64,000 bases of DNA from Squalus acanthias (taxonomy: Eukaryota). The position numbers and the translations under genes were made by a program. Below are positions 48,572 through 62,021 of this stretch, piece by piece. The stretch is taken from the NCBI GenBank assembly GCA_030390025.1, contig CM059433.1, forward strand, positions 19,656,001-19,720,000. Direction: 5' to 3'. Numbering within the stretch: the stretch's first letter is position 1; each line of letters starts with the position of its first letter. Under the pieces are notes generated by a model, which saw nothing but the letters and a program-made list of their open reading frames with translations, was not told where the DNA came from and did no database searches.

Positions 48572-49495
48572 TGGAGCGGGCTGGGGATAGCAGCTGGAGC
48601 TGGGGATAGGAGCTGGGGTTGGGGTAGGAGCGGTGGCTTGGATTGGGAGCTGGAGCTGGTGTTGGGGGCTAGAGTTGTGGCTGGGGTAGGAGCTGGAGCT
48701 GGGGGTAGGAGCTGGGGTTGGGGGCTGGAGCTGGGGCTGGGGGCTGGAGCTGGGGTTGGGGTAGGAGCTGGGGCTGGGGGTAGGAGCTGGGGTTGGGGTA
48801 GAGCTGGGGTTGGGGTAGGAGCTGGGGCTGGGGGTAGGAGCTGGGGTTGGGGTAGGAGCTGGGGTTGGGGTAGGAGCTGGGGCTGGGGGTAGGAGCTGGG
48901 GTTGGGGTAGAGCTGGGGTTGGGGGCTGGAGCTGGGGTTGGGGTAGAAGCTGGGGTTGGGGTAGGAGCTGGGGCTGGGGGTAGAAGCTGGGTTGGGGTAG
49001 GAGCTGGGGTTGGGGGTAGAAGCTGGGGTTGGGGTAGAAGCTGGGGTTGGGGTAGGAGCTGGGGCTGGGGGTAGAAGCTGGGGTTGGGGTAGGAGCTGGG
49101 GTTGGGCTAGGAGCTGGGGCTGGGGGTAGAAGCTGGGTTGGGGTAGGAGCTGGGGTTGGGGGTAGGAGCTGGGGCTGGGGGTAGAAGCTGGGTTGGGGTA
49201 GGAGCTGGGGCTGGGGGTAGAAGCTGGGGTTGGGGTAGAAGCTGGGGTTGGGGGCTGGAGCTGGGGTTGGGGGCTGGGGGTAGTAGCTGAGGCTGGGGCT
49301 GGGGGTTGGAGCTGGGGTTGGGGGCTGGAGCTGGGGTTGGGGGCTGGGGATAGTAGCTGGGCTGGGGGTTGGAGCTGGGGTTGGGGTAGGAGCTGGGGTT
49401 GGGGGCTGGAGCTGGGGTTGGGGTCGGAGCTGGGGTTGGGGTTGATGCTGGGGCTGGGGTAGGAGCTGGAGCTGGGGCCGGGGGTAGGAGTGGGG
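48572..49495 (+). repeat. G-rich tandem array, unit ~GGAGCTGGGGTTGGGGTA
   Basis: Directly visible; dense GGGG runs on the + strand. Confidence 0.95.
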
Positions 49496-50759
49496 CAGAG
49501 GTAAACATTGTGAATGGCAAGCCCCCGAAATGAAATAACAGTCCGTTCATTAACTGGAGTCAGGCGCGAAGAGTGTACTTTTATCTGTGTTGGACATTAT
49601 ACAGTGCTGTTCTATTTATAAATGAGAATGGATACCGCAACTTTCTACTTTATTGCTGTAATATTAATATATATATATCTGATTATATATGATTTGTTTT
49701 GTATTTCCGCCTCTCTCTCTATGTATGGGGAGCCGGTGAGAGAAGATATGGAGAAAGCCCGCGGTTGATAGATATCGGCTGAATTTAAAACGCTAAGTGA
49801 ATCTTATCATCCGCTCCTCATTGCCACCGAGCCCAGAGCTCGCCATTCACCATTTCGCTTTAATGCTTAAATGGCCGATTACAGTGAAGGGGATTGAATG
49901 CTGTTTTTTTTTGAAGAACCTGTGCTCAGAAAGTCATGCAGGTGTTTTAATGTCCGCATGGATGTCTGTTCCAGTGGGGTTGGGGGGTCTTGGCGAGTCT
50001 GGCACCGAGCTTCTCTTGAAATCTGTCTTTCATGGTTGTCAGGTAGCTGTGATATTTGGTGCGTTTTATTCCATCTCCTTTTTTGGAGAGAGGGGAGGGG
50101 ATTTGGGTTGGCGTGCGTTCCATTGCGTTGAGTTAAGTTTAGTTACATCTGATAAGGCCCCACCCCACCTCCCTAATACCAGGGTTAGAGTTGATCTTGT
50201 ACTTATTCTGCTTTTCTAAATATTGAGTCACTCTTGCAATGAAATGGCGCTTTGAGCGGAATGAAGACATATTGCTGCTCTGCTCCTGACATGTGCATAG
50301 AGAGAGGCTGGAGACTGCTTGACAGTGACTTCCAGCACACAGCAGAGAGGGAGAGCTGGTGATCGGGTCCCCGGGCTGCACTGGCAGAATTAGATGGAGC
50401 GCGCAACACAATCCGAGCAATGGTTCGAGAAAATGTTCGGTTTCAGTTTTATTATTAACCGGCACAGGACAGACGTGCCGGCACAGGGAGATGTGGCCTT
50501 CCTTAACTAATCGGGGAGAGGAGTATTTAAACAAGGGTCAGTCCGGCCCGAGTCCGGCTTGAACCAGCGATCGGGTTAAGCAGGAGGCAAAACACGAGGA
50601 TCTGCTCGCAGTGTCTGGTCCTTTTTTCTTGCTTCACAACATTGTGTATCTCCCAGGTGGTGTTCCTGCTCAGAGTACCGTGCCTGCTTTCACATACCTG
50701 AGTGTGTGTGTGTGTGAGAGAGGCTGTGAAGTGAGCTTGTGTCAGTCAACATGCCGTTG

Positions 50760-52140
50760 AATGTGTGTGTCTGTGAGTGTGGAGTGTGTGCACCATTGTG
50801 TGTGAGTGTGTGTGTGTTATTGTGGAGTGTGTGCACAATTGAGTGTGAGTGTGTGCAGGAGTGTTAGTGTGGAGTGTGTGCATCATTGTGTGTGAGTGTG
50901 TGTGTGTTAGTGTGTGCACCATTGTGTGTGAGTGTGTGTGTGTTATTGTGGAGTGTGTGCACAATTGAGTGTGAGTGTGTGTGTGTTAGTGTGTGCACCA
51001 TTGTGTGTGAGTGTGTGTGTGTTATTGTGGAGTGTGTGCACAATTGAGTGTGAGTGTGTGCAGGAGTGTTAGTGTGGAGTGTGTGCATCATTGTGTGAGT
51101 GTGGAGTGTGTGCACCATTGAGTGTGAGTGTGGAGTGTGCACCATTGTGTGTGAGTGTTGGTGTGTGAGTGTATGCAGGAGTGTTAGTGTGGAGTGTGCA
51201 CCATTGTGAGTGTGAGTGTGTAGGAGTGTTAGTGTGGAGTGTGTGCACCATCATGTGTGTGTGTGCAGGAGTGTTAGTGTGGAGTGTGTGCACTATTGTG
51301 TGTGAGTGTGTGTGTGCAGGAGTGTTAATGTGGAGTGTGTGCACCATTGTGTGTGAGTGTGTGTGTGCAGGAGTGTTAGTGTGGAGTGTGTGCACCATTG
51401 TGTGTGTGTGCAGGAGTGTTAGTGTGGAGTGTGTGCACCATTGTGTGTGTGTGCAGGAGTGTTAGTGTGGAGTGTGTGCACCATTGTGTGTGAGTGTGTG
51501 CACCATTGTGTGTGAGTGTGTGTGCAGGAGTGTTAGTGTGGAGTGTGTGCACCATTGTGTGTGTGTGCAGGAGTGTTAGTGTGGAGTGTGTGCACCATTG
51601 TGTGTGAGTGTGTGTGCAGGAGTGTTAGTGTGGAGTGTGTGCACCATTGTGTGTGAGTGTGTGTGCAGGAGTGTTAGTGTGGAGTGTGTGCACCATTGTG
51701 TGTGAGTGTGTGTGCAGGAGTGTTAGTGTGGAGTGTGTGCACCATTGTGTGTGAGTGTGTGCAGGAGTGTTAGTGTGGAGTGTGTGCACCATTGTGTGTG
51801 AGTGTGTGTGCAGGAGTGTTAGTGTGGAGTGTGTGCACCATTGTGTGTGAGTGTGTGCAGGAGTGTTAGTGTGGAGTGTGTGCACCATTGTGTGTGAGTG
51901 TGTGCAGGAGTGTTAGTGTGGAGTGTGTGCACCATTGTGTGTGAGTGTGTGCAGGAGTGTTAGTGTGGAGTGTGTGCACCATTGTGTGTGAGTGTGTGCA
52001 GGAGTGTTAGTGTGGAGTGTGTGCACCATTGTGTGTGAGTGTGTGCAGGAGTGTTAGTGTGGAGTGTGTGCACCATTGTGTGTGAGTGTGTGCAGGAGTG
52101 TTAGTGTGGAGTGTGTGCACCATTGTGTGTGTGTGTGTGT
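50760..52140 (+). repeat. GT-rich minisatellite, ~45-49 bp unit CAGGAGTGTTAGTGTGGAGTGTGTGCACCATTGTGTGTGAGTGTGTG
   Basis: Directly visible. Confidence 0.95.
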
Positions 52141-52463
52141 TTCTGGGATTCGAGGGACGATTTGATTTTCTGGTCATTCCTGACGGTGCCGGAACTTTGT
52201 GTAAACCATTGTGTAAACTGCTGCCGTCTAAAGGCCAGGCCTTCGGTGGCTGAAGGAGTGTGAGTTTGCGGGCAGCAGGAGCTCTGTCCCACACATCGCC
52301 GTCTACAAGATAAGAAGCGTTAAACGTGGCATCAAATACAGTTCAAGGGAAACAACCTTTTCACAGCGAGACATTCGGCTTTCTACAATGATATCACCAA
52401 CAACCAAGTTGGGACTCTGGTTTTTTCTGTGGGTTCAGTATCCGCGAACAGACCGTGTGAGTC

Positions 52464-53050
52464 TACCCAGTCACAGAGCGCCGGGTCTCTGCACTCAGTG
52501 ACAGACCCTGGGTCCACTTTACCCTGTCACAGAGCGCCGGGTCTCTGCACTCAGTGACAGACCCTGGGTCTACTTTACCCTGTCACAGAGCGCCGGGTCT
52601 CTGCACTCAGTGACAGACCCTGGGTCTACTTTACCCTGTCACAGAGCGCCGGGTCTCTGCACTCAGTGACAGACCCTGGGTCCACTTTACCCTGTCACAG
52701 AGCGCCGGGTCTCTGCACTCAGTGACAGACCCTGGGTCTACTTTACCCTGTCACAGAGCGCCGGGTCTCTACACTCAGTGACAGACCCTGGGTCTACTTT
52801 ACCCTGTCACAGAGCGCCGGGTCTCTACACTCAGTGACAGACCCTGGGTCCACTTTACCCAGTCACAGAGCGCCGGGTCTCTGCACTCAGTGACAGACCC
52901 TGGGTCTACTTTACCCAGTCACAGAGCGCCGGGTCTCTACACTCAGTGACAGACCCTGGGTCTACTTTACCCAGTCACAGAGCGCCGGGTCTCTACACTC
53001 AGTGACAGACCCTGGGTCTACTTTACCCAGTCACAGAGCGCCGGGTCTCT
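52464..53050 (+). repeat. 56-bp tandem repeat, ~10.5 copies
   Basis: ACAGACCCTG recurs at 52501, 52557 and 52613 (period 56). Confidence 0.97.
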
Positions 53051-53159
53051 CTCCACTGGGCACACGGTTGTAGATTTGCACCGGGCGAAGGACAGGAGCT
53101 CTGGCTGCCCAGGCACCGGGTTTGTTGGTTTCGCTATCCTGCAAAGTAAATATTTACTT

Positions 53160-53485
53160 GAGCACACTCACACTCACACTTTTACACACACACTTATACA
53201 TGCACACTCACACTTTTACACACACTTATACATACACACTCCACACTCACACTTATACATACACTTATCACACACACATACATACACATTTTACACACGC
53301 ACACTATACACACTCAGAGAGATACACACACTCACTGCCTCTCATACACACATATTCAGTCTCACACTCAGTCACACACACACACAAACAGTCTCATACG
53401 GACACTGTTGCACATTCACTCACACTCACACACACTCACTCTCGCACTCACACACACTCACTCTCGCACTCACACTCACTCTTAC
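53160..53485 (+). repeat. Degenerate (CA)n-rich tract
   Basis: Directly visible. Confidence 0.85.
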
Positions 53486-53964
53486 ATGAATATTAGTGAA
53501 TATTAAAACGCTTTCAGGTTTGCGGGAACACACGGTCAAACAGCCCCCAAGGGACGTGGAATACCAGACGGAGCAAAGGATGCCACGGGCGGGGGAATCA
53601 GATGCCCAAGAGGTGGCTCCACCACTATAATGAAGGGTTAGCAGCCAGCTATTAGACGAGTGGGTCCGGACAGTGTCAGGTGCTGCCCTGTGAAGCGCGG
53701 ATCTGTGTCGGATACTCGGCAATGTCACCCGGTGGGAAATCTTGAGACCGAGTGCGTGACCGGATCACAGTGAGCACTGAATGTGGGTAATGGTCTGGTT
53801 TGGGGAGAAGGCATGCGGCTTGTAAAAGGACAGAAAGCTGCAGAATCACCTCGGCGACCGAGCGCGAAATGTCCACTGAACACGATGCCTTCAGACATGT
53901 TCTTGAAGGGTCGCGCTTTATCCCTTATAGATAGATAATTCTCACAAATCCACCGCCCCCCACC

Positions 53965-56900
53965 ACACACAGATCACTGAAACCCATTCTCACACACTCA
54001 GAACCCCCACAGATCCCCAAAACCCATTCTCACACACTCAGAACCCCCACAGATCCCCAAAACCCATTCTCACACACTCAGACCGCCCCCACAGATTCCC
54101 CAAACCCATTCTTAAACCTAAACACCCCACACATCCCTCAAACCCATTCTCACATACTCAGACCCCCCACAGATCCCCAAAACCAATTTTCACACACTCA
54201 GACCCCACCCCACACATCCCTGAAACCCATTCTCACACACTCAGATCCCCTACAGATGACCAAAACCCATTCTCACACACTCAGACCCCCCACAGATCCC
54301 CAAAACCCATTCTCACACACTCAGACCCCCCACAGTTCCCCAAAACCCATTCTCACACACTCAGACCCCACCCACAGATCCCCAAAACCCATTCTCACAC
54401 ACTCAGACCCCCCACAGTTCCCCAAAACCCATTCTCACACACTCAGACGCCCCACAGATCCCCAAAACCCATTCTCACACACTCAGACCCCCCACAGATC
54501 CCTCAAACTCATTCTCACACACTCAGACCCCCCACAGATCCCCAAAACCCATTCTCACACACTCAGACCCCCCACAGATCCCCAAACCCATTCTCTCACA
54601 CTCAGACCCCACCCACCAGATCCCCAAAACCCATTCTCACACACTCAGACCCCCCACAGATCCCCAAAACCCATTATCACACACTCAGACCCCCCACAGA
54701 TCCCCAAACCCATTCTCACACTTAGACCCCCCCACAGATCCCCAAACCCATTCTCACACACTCAGACCCCCCACAGATCCCCAAAACCCATTATCACACA
54801 CTCAGACCCCACCCCACAGATCCCCCAAACCCATTCTCACACACTCAGACCCCCCACAGATCCCCAAACACATTCTCACACACTCAGACCCCCCACAGAT
54901 CCCCAAACCCATTCTCACACACCCAGACACCCCACAGTTCCCCAAAACACATTCTCACACACTCAGACCCCCCACAGATCCCCAAACACATTCTCACACA
55001 CTCAGACTCCCCACCGATCCCCAAAACCCATTCTCACACACTCAGACCCACCACAGATCCCCAAAACCCATTCTCACACACACAGACACCCCACCCCACA
55101 GATCCCCAAAACCCATTCTCACACACACATACCCACCACAGATCCCCAAAACCCATTCTCTCACACTCAGACCCCACCCCACCGATCCCCAAAACCCATT
55201 CTCTCACACTCAGACCCCCCACAGATCCCCAAAACCCATTCTCACACACTGAGACCCCCCAGCCCACCGATCCCCAAAACCCATTCTAACACACTCAGAA
55301 CCCCCACCACAGATCCCCAAAACCCATTCTCACACACTGAGACCCCCCAGCCCACCGATCCCCAAAACCCATTCTAACACACCCAGACCCCCACCCCACA
55401 GTTCCCCAAAACCCATTCTCACACACTCAGACCCCCACCCCACAGATCCCCCAAACCCATTCTCACACACTCAGACCCCCCACAGATCCCCAAACCCATT
55501 CTCACACACTCAGACCCCCCACAGATCCCTCAAACTCATTCTCACACACTCAGACCCCCCACAGATCCCCAAAACCCATTCTCACACTTAGACCCCCCAC
55601 AGATCCCCAAAACCCATTCTCACACACTCAAACCCACCCACATATCCCCAAAACCCATTCTCACACACTCAGACCCCCCACAGATCCCCAAAACCCATTC
55701 TCACACACTCAAACCCCCCACAAATCCCCAAAACCCATTCTCACACACTCAGACCCCCCACACATCCCTCAAACCCACTCCCTCACACTCAGACCCCACC
55801 CCACAGATCCCCAAAACCCATTCTCACACACTCAGACCCCCCACAGATCCCCAAAACCCATTCTCACACACTCAGACCCCCCACAGATCCCCAAAACCCA
55901 TTCTCACACACCCAGACCCCCCACAGATCCCCAAAACCCATTCTCACACACTCAGACCCCCCACAAATCCCCAAAACCTATTCTCACACACTCAGATCCC
56001 CCACCCCACAGATCCCCAAACCCATTCTCACACACGCAGACCCCCCACAGATCCCCAAAACCCATTCTCACACACTCAGACGCCCCACAGATCCCCAAAA
56101 CCCATTCTCACACACTCAGACCCCCCACAGATCTCCAAAACCCATTCTCACACACTCAGACCCCACCCCACAGATCCCCAAAACCCATTCTCACACACTC
56201 AGACCCCCCACCCCCCCACAGATCCCCAAAACTCATTATCACATACTCAGGCCCCCCAGAGATCCCTCAAACCCATTCTCACACACCCAGACCCCCCAGA
56301 GATCCCCAAAACCCATTCTCACACACTCAGACCCCCCACAGATCCCCAAAACCCATTCTCACACACTCAGACCCCCCCACAGATCCCTAAAACCCATTCT
56401 CACACACTCAGACCCCCCCCCACAGATCCCCAAAACCCATTCTCACACACTCAGACTCCCCACCCCACAAATCCCTCAAACCCATTCTCACACACTCAGA
56501 CCCCCCCACAGATCCCCAAAACCCATTCTCACACACTCAGACCCCCCACAGATCCCCAAAACCCATTCTCACACACTGAGACCCCCCACAGATCCCCCAA
56601 ACCCATTCTCACACACTCAGACCCCCCACAGATCCCCAAAACCCATTCTCACACACTCAGACCCCCCACAGATCCCCAAAACCCATTCTCACACACTCAG
56701 ACCCCCCACAGATCAACAAACCCATTCTCACACATGCAGACCCCCCACAGATCCCCAAAACCCATTCTCACACACTCAGACTCCCCACAGATCCCCAAAA
56801 CCCATTCTCACACACTCAGACCCCCCACCCCACAGATCCCCAAACCCATTCTCACACACGCAGACCCCCCACAGATCCCCCAAACCCATTCTCACACACT

Positions 56901-58708
56901 CAGACTCCCCACAGATCCCCAAAACCCATTCTCACACTCAGACCCCCCCACAGATCCCCAAAACCCATTCTCACACACTCAGACCCCCCCACCACAGATC
57001 CCCAAAACCCATTCTCACACACTCAGACTCCCCACCCCACAAATCCCTCAAACCCATTCTCACACACTCAGACCCCCCCACAGATCCCCAAAACCCATTC
57101 TCACACACTCAGACCCCCCACAGATCCCCAAAACCCATTCTCACACACTGAGACCCCCCACAGATCCCCAAAACCCATTCTCACACACTCAGACCCCCCA
57201 CAGATCCCCAAAACCCATTCTCACACACTCAGACCCCCCACAGATCCCCAAAACCCATTCTCACACACTCAGACCCCCCACAGATCCCCAAACCCATTCT
57301 CACACACGCAGACCCCCCACAGATCCCCAAAACCCATTCTCACACACTCAGACTCCCCACAGATCCCCAAAACCCATTCTCACACACTCAGACCCCCCAC
57401 CCTACAGATCCCCAAACCCATTCTCACACACTCAGACCCCCCACAGATCCCCAAAACCCATTCTCACACACTCAGACTCCCCACAGATCCCCAAAACCCA
57501 TTCTCACACACTCAGACCCCCCACCCCACAGATCCCCAAACCCATTCTCACACACGCAGACCCCCCACAGATCCCCAAAACCCATTCTCACACACTCAGA
57601 CTCCCCACAGATCCCCAAAACCCATTCTCACACTCAGACTCCCCCACAGATCCCCAAAACCCATTCTCACACACTCAGACCCCCCCACCACAGATCCCCA
57701 AAACCCATTCTCACACACTCAGACCTCCCACCCCACAGATCCCCAAACCCATTCTCACACACGCAGACCCCCCACAGATCCCCAAAACCAATTCTCACAC
57801 ACTCAGACCCCCCACAGATCCCCAAACCCATTCTCACACACGCAGACCCCCCACAGATCCCCAAAACCCATTCTCACACACTCAGACCCCCCACAGATCC
57901 CCAAACCCATTCTCACACATGCAGACCCCCCACAGATCCCCAAAACCCATTCTCACACACTCAGACCCCCCACAGATCCCCAAAACCCATTCTCACACAC
58001 TCAGACTCCCCACAGATCCCCAAAACCCATTCTCACACACGCAGACCCCCCACAGATCCCCAAAACCCATTCTCACACACTCAGAACCCCCACCACAGAT
58101 CCCCAAAACCCATTCTCACACACTCAGACCCCCCACCCCACAGATCCCCAAAACCCATTCTCACACACTCAGACCCCCCACCCCACAGATCCCCAAACCC
58201 ATTCTCACACACTCAGACCCCCCACAGATTCCCAAAACCCATTCTCACACACTCAGACCCCCCACCCCACAGATCCCCAAAACCCATTCTCACACACTCA
58301 GACCCCCCACCCCACAGAACCCCAAAACCCATTCTCACACACTCAGGCCCCCCCCCCCCATCCCTCAAACCCATTCTCACACACTCAGACCCCCCACCCC
58401 ACAGATCCCCAAAACCCTTTCTCACACACTCAGACCCCCCACCCCACAGAACCCCCAAACCCATTCTCACACACTCAGCCCCCCCCCCCATCCCTCAAAC
58501 CCATTCTCACACACTCAGACCCCCCCCCATCCCTCAAACCCATTCTCACACACTCAGACCCCCCACCCCCCATCCCTCAAACCCATTCTCACACACTCAG
58601 ACCCCCCACCCCCCATCCCTCAAACCCATTCTCACACACGCAGACCCCCCACAGATCCCCAAAACCCATTCCCACACACTCAGACCCCCCACAGATCCCC
58701 AAAACCTA
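53965..58708 (+). repeat. C-rich minisatellite, ~40-bp unit GATCCCCAAAACCCATTCTCACACACTCAGACCCCCCACA, >100 copies
   Basis: Directly visible; period 40 with 39-45 bp variants. Confidence 0.97.
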
Positions 58709-61326
58709 CTGCTTTATACAGGAGCACAGTGTCAGAGTAGTAGCAGGTCATTGATTTTACCCGGGGCAGCTTATCTCCGGATGGTCAATGGTCAGATACA
58801 CACAGCTCACCTCCCTCTCATGGTGAAACCCTCGCCCTCCCAACCCGTTTGGCTCTGCTAATTACGGGGGAGGGTCTCAAATTCCCGCCTCCTGGAAGCT
58901 ATCTGCAGGATTCAGATATAAAACATCTTCACATCTGCTGCCTGGAGTTGGCCGGCGAGAGAAGCTTCCCTTCCTTGGGGCACAGCCTGGGAATGTGCTT
59001 CGTCCGTCTTTCGGTTTATTAATCCCTGGTTCGGGTCGCTGGAGATCAATAGTCTGGAGAATAATGACTGGTCGGGGCGAATGTATATATATAGTGAATC
59101 AAATCTACAATTATACAGAATTACATCTAGTCGGGGCGAATTATCTATGGGGAAAAATGGCTGATCGGGGCGAATTTCCTAAGGGATGATATAATTATGA
59201 CTAATCAAAGTGAATTATATATATAGTGACTGGGCAAAATAAAAATGGGACAATAGTGGGTCGTGGTGCATTTTGATCAGACAGGGTGGATGAAAGGTGT
59301 AAGAATGAGTGATCAGTGCTCATGACGTTGGGTAAGGTGAATTACAGCACAGACGTCGATGTCTGCCGAAGTTATTTTTGTCTCTCTATTCCCATTATGC
59401 ACAAGCTCAGAGCTAATGAGGAGCGGATAGCCCACCCTCTCCCTCGGCCCACCTCTTTCTTTAAACGTTCTTTACCCAGAACTTTGCTCCCCTCGTTCCG
59501 TTCGTAACAAAATGGGCAGCGGGTAAACTCACCGGCAGAACAAGCGAGGTCTGAGAGCAGAGGTGCCGAGTTACAGGCAGTCTGCCTTTTAACAGCAATT
59601 CAGTGTGTTAGATTCCCAGGGAATGCAGCACACGTTATATAACGGCGCGTTAGTCGAGCTGGGACTGCACTCATGGGCCATACCCCCAAGGTGGGGACAG
59701 CACCGATGTCAGGAACCCGGCCTCCCCCCAATTCTCGGGCAACTGGGGGACTGACTTGTTTTGACGACTCTTAGATTTCCTGCGTTTTTGTTCGATCAGG
59801 CAGGCTTTGTGAGACAGGGTTTTTTTTTTTAGAACCGAGTGGGTTTAATCTCAGCAAGTTCTTCACCCAAGGAGTGAGCAGTGTTTGGAGTGGGCGACCG
59901 GTTGGTTGGTTGGTTAGAAGCAAAAAGCTGCCAGTCCTTGGCTGCTGAGACCGGGGAGGCGGAGTTAAGGCGCCTGGGGACGTTTCTCTACGTCAAAGGC
60001 GCTAAATAAATGAAAGTTGTTGTGCTTCTGGTCGGATGAGGTAAAATAAGCTAAATGGCCTCCACTGTTTCGTGAGCTCTTGATTCCACTCTGCTTTTTT
60101 CTTACATTAAATATTTAAGTGCAACCAACTGGGAACATTTCTATTTGGAGACAAGCTTTCCACATATATATATGTGGGGGGGGGGGGGGGGGGGGGGGGA
60201 GATGTATTATCATTATAATAAAGGTTCAACGTTTATTAAGTTCATTGCCATTATCATAACTACAAATGACAGCATCCTTCCTCGCCGGTCCTGTGTGAAT
60301 AATCAGTTTTACTGTTATAACTTTTCCTACACAATCACCTCTTTTTGTCAAATATCAGTGCTGGTTACTATTATTACCAGTGAAAGAGGCAAGCATATAC
60401 TTACTTGCAGGGATGTCTGACTTCAGAAGTGGTAGCAGTCTGTGTTCCGCTGAGATTACTGATGGAAGAATGTTTGCCTGTGGAGTGAAGACATTTCTTG
60501 ACAACAATTTGGGGACAGGCAATGAATCATCGGCCAATCACGTTTACCAATTTGGCCTAGGACAGTGATAAGGATAATATCTATATATATATATCCAGAG
60601 AAATGCTATGGAAATGTTTTCACTTCCAAGTTAGTTCCTGGCCAAAATCAAAACATGACTACCCCAGTGCAGTGTGAGGGACAGTTACACAGTGAGAGAC
60701 AGGAAGGCTTCAACAACACCTTAAACTGAAATTCTATCATCTTGTTCTGGTAAATGGCAATTATCACATTGAATTAATTATCACCTCACGATGCCCTGGC
60801 TAATATTCCAAGAAAATTCCACTCAATCCTTTGCTTCCATCCATGATTCCGAAGCAAATTAAGCCACAATCTCATTTGACTGGCCTGGTTAAATATTTTC
60901 AAGTAAATAAAACTGGATGGGCACCAAGTAATCCTTCTCTTAAACGCCTCAGTAGAATGGGATTTTCACGATGACTTTTTATTGAGCCTTCGATTTATGA
61001 AAGCTGCAGACGTCTAGAAAGCAGTTAATGGATCAAGTATTAGCTCGAACTATGGTTAACTAGTTGTGGCTGCCGCGAAGCACGAATTGAGGCCGAGTCA
61101 ATATGTGGAACACATGGCTTTTAATCACATCTCTTTGGCAAAATGGCTGCGACCACATTTCTCTGCAAAACCCTGAGGCCACGCCCACTCCTTTTTTCAT
61201 GCCTTAAAGGCAGCATGCGCCTTAAAGGCAAGGTGCCCGATTTATTGTCCACAGACGGAAAAGTGGATGGCGCCCGTTTAGGTGGCGATCCGCCACAAAC
61301 TAGTAATAATAGTCTGGGCTACACTG

Positions 61327-62021
61327 GGGCCTAGAAATTGGTTTATGCTGGCCTGCTGGTGAGAACTGGGTGCAGGGCATGATCCCCGCACCGGAACGGG
61401 CAGGCCCGAGGCACAGCTCACATTGGGCCTCAGGCCTCATTTACATCAGACCGGCGAGCTGTGCACACAAGCCGGCCAACACCAGGCAGCTCGCCGGTGA
61501 ATCAGCATTTGATTTTGGACCGCTGCGTCGCCGGCAGTGGTCCTCAGGTAGGTCTTGAGAGGGGGTGGCAATCGAGAGGGAGGGGGGTGATTGGGAGGGG
61601 AAGAAGCGATCAAGAGAAAGGGGGGAAATCGGAAGGAGGGGGGGAGCGACAGGGAGAGGGCCGAGCGGGAGCCAGCAACAGTCTTCAGCACTCCTGCTCC
61701 TCCCGGCTCCACATTCAGGAAGGTTTTTTTTCTAACATCACTGGTTAGGCCACATGTAGGCCATGTTTTCCTGAATGCAGCTGGCTGTGTTCAGGGCAGC
61801 CCATTTTACAAAGGGGGCCTTAAACAAGCATTAGTTCCCTTAGTTGCATATGCTAAGGGCCTAACGCCTGTTTCAGGCTTGGGCCCGGCCAGGACGCCGG
61901 TTTTTCTGCATTTACCAATATGGCAGGCGGCGCACTATCAGTGTGGAATGTGTGGGCCCGCTATATTGGACACTTAGCTTTGCGCCTGAAAAACGAGAGC
62001 AGCGTCAACAAATTTCTCGGC
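61327..62021. mobile_element. Harbinger-type MITE
   Basis: GGGCCTAGAAATT / AATTTCTCGGC ends, flanked by CTG on both sides; GC-rich interior. Confidence 0.6.

Noticed and set aside
48638..49550. Gly/Trp-rich and Pro-rich ORFs
   Set aside because: Translations of the G-rich tandem array.
52464..53050. CRISPR-like palindromic repeat array
   Set aside because: Units are contiguous with no unique spacers, there are no cas genes, and the context is vertebrate.
54256..58740. 373-aa and 668-aa ORFs rich in P/T/H
   Set aside because: Translations of the 40-bp minisatellite, cycling through three frames; no independent coding evidence.
60380..60568. Possible second exon of the host gene
   Set aside because: A TTGCAG acceptor-like site exists, but the polypyrimidine tract is weak, no convincing donor follows and there is no recognisable domain.
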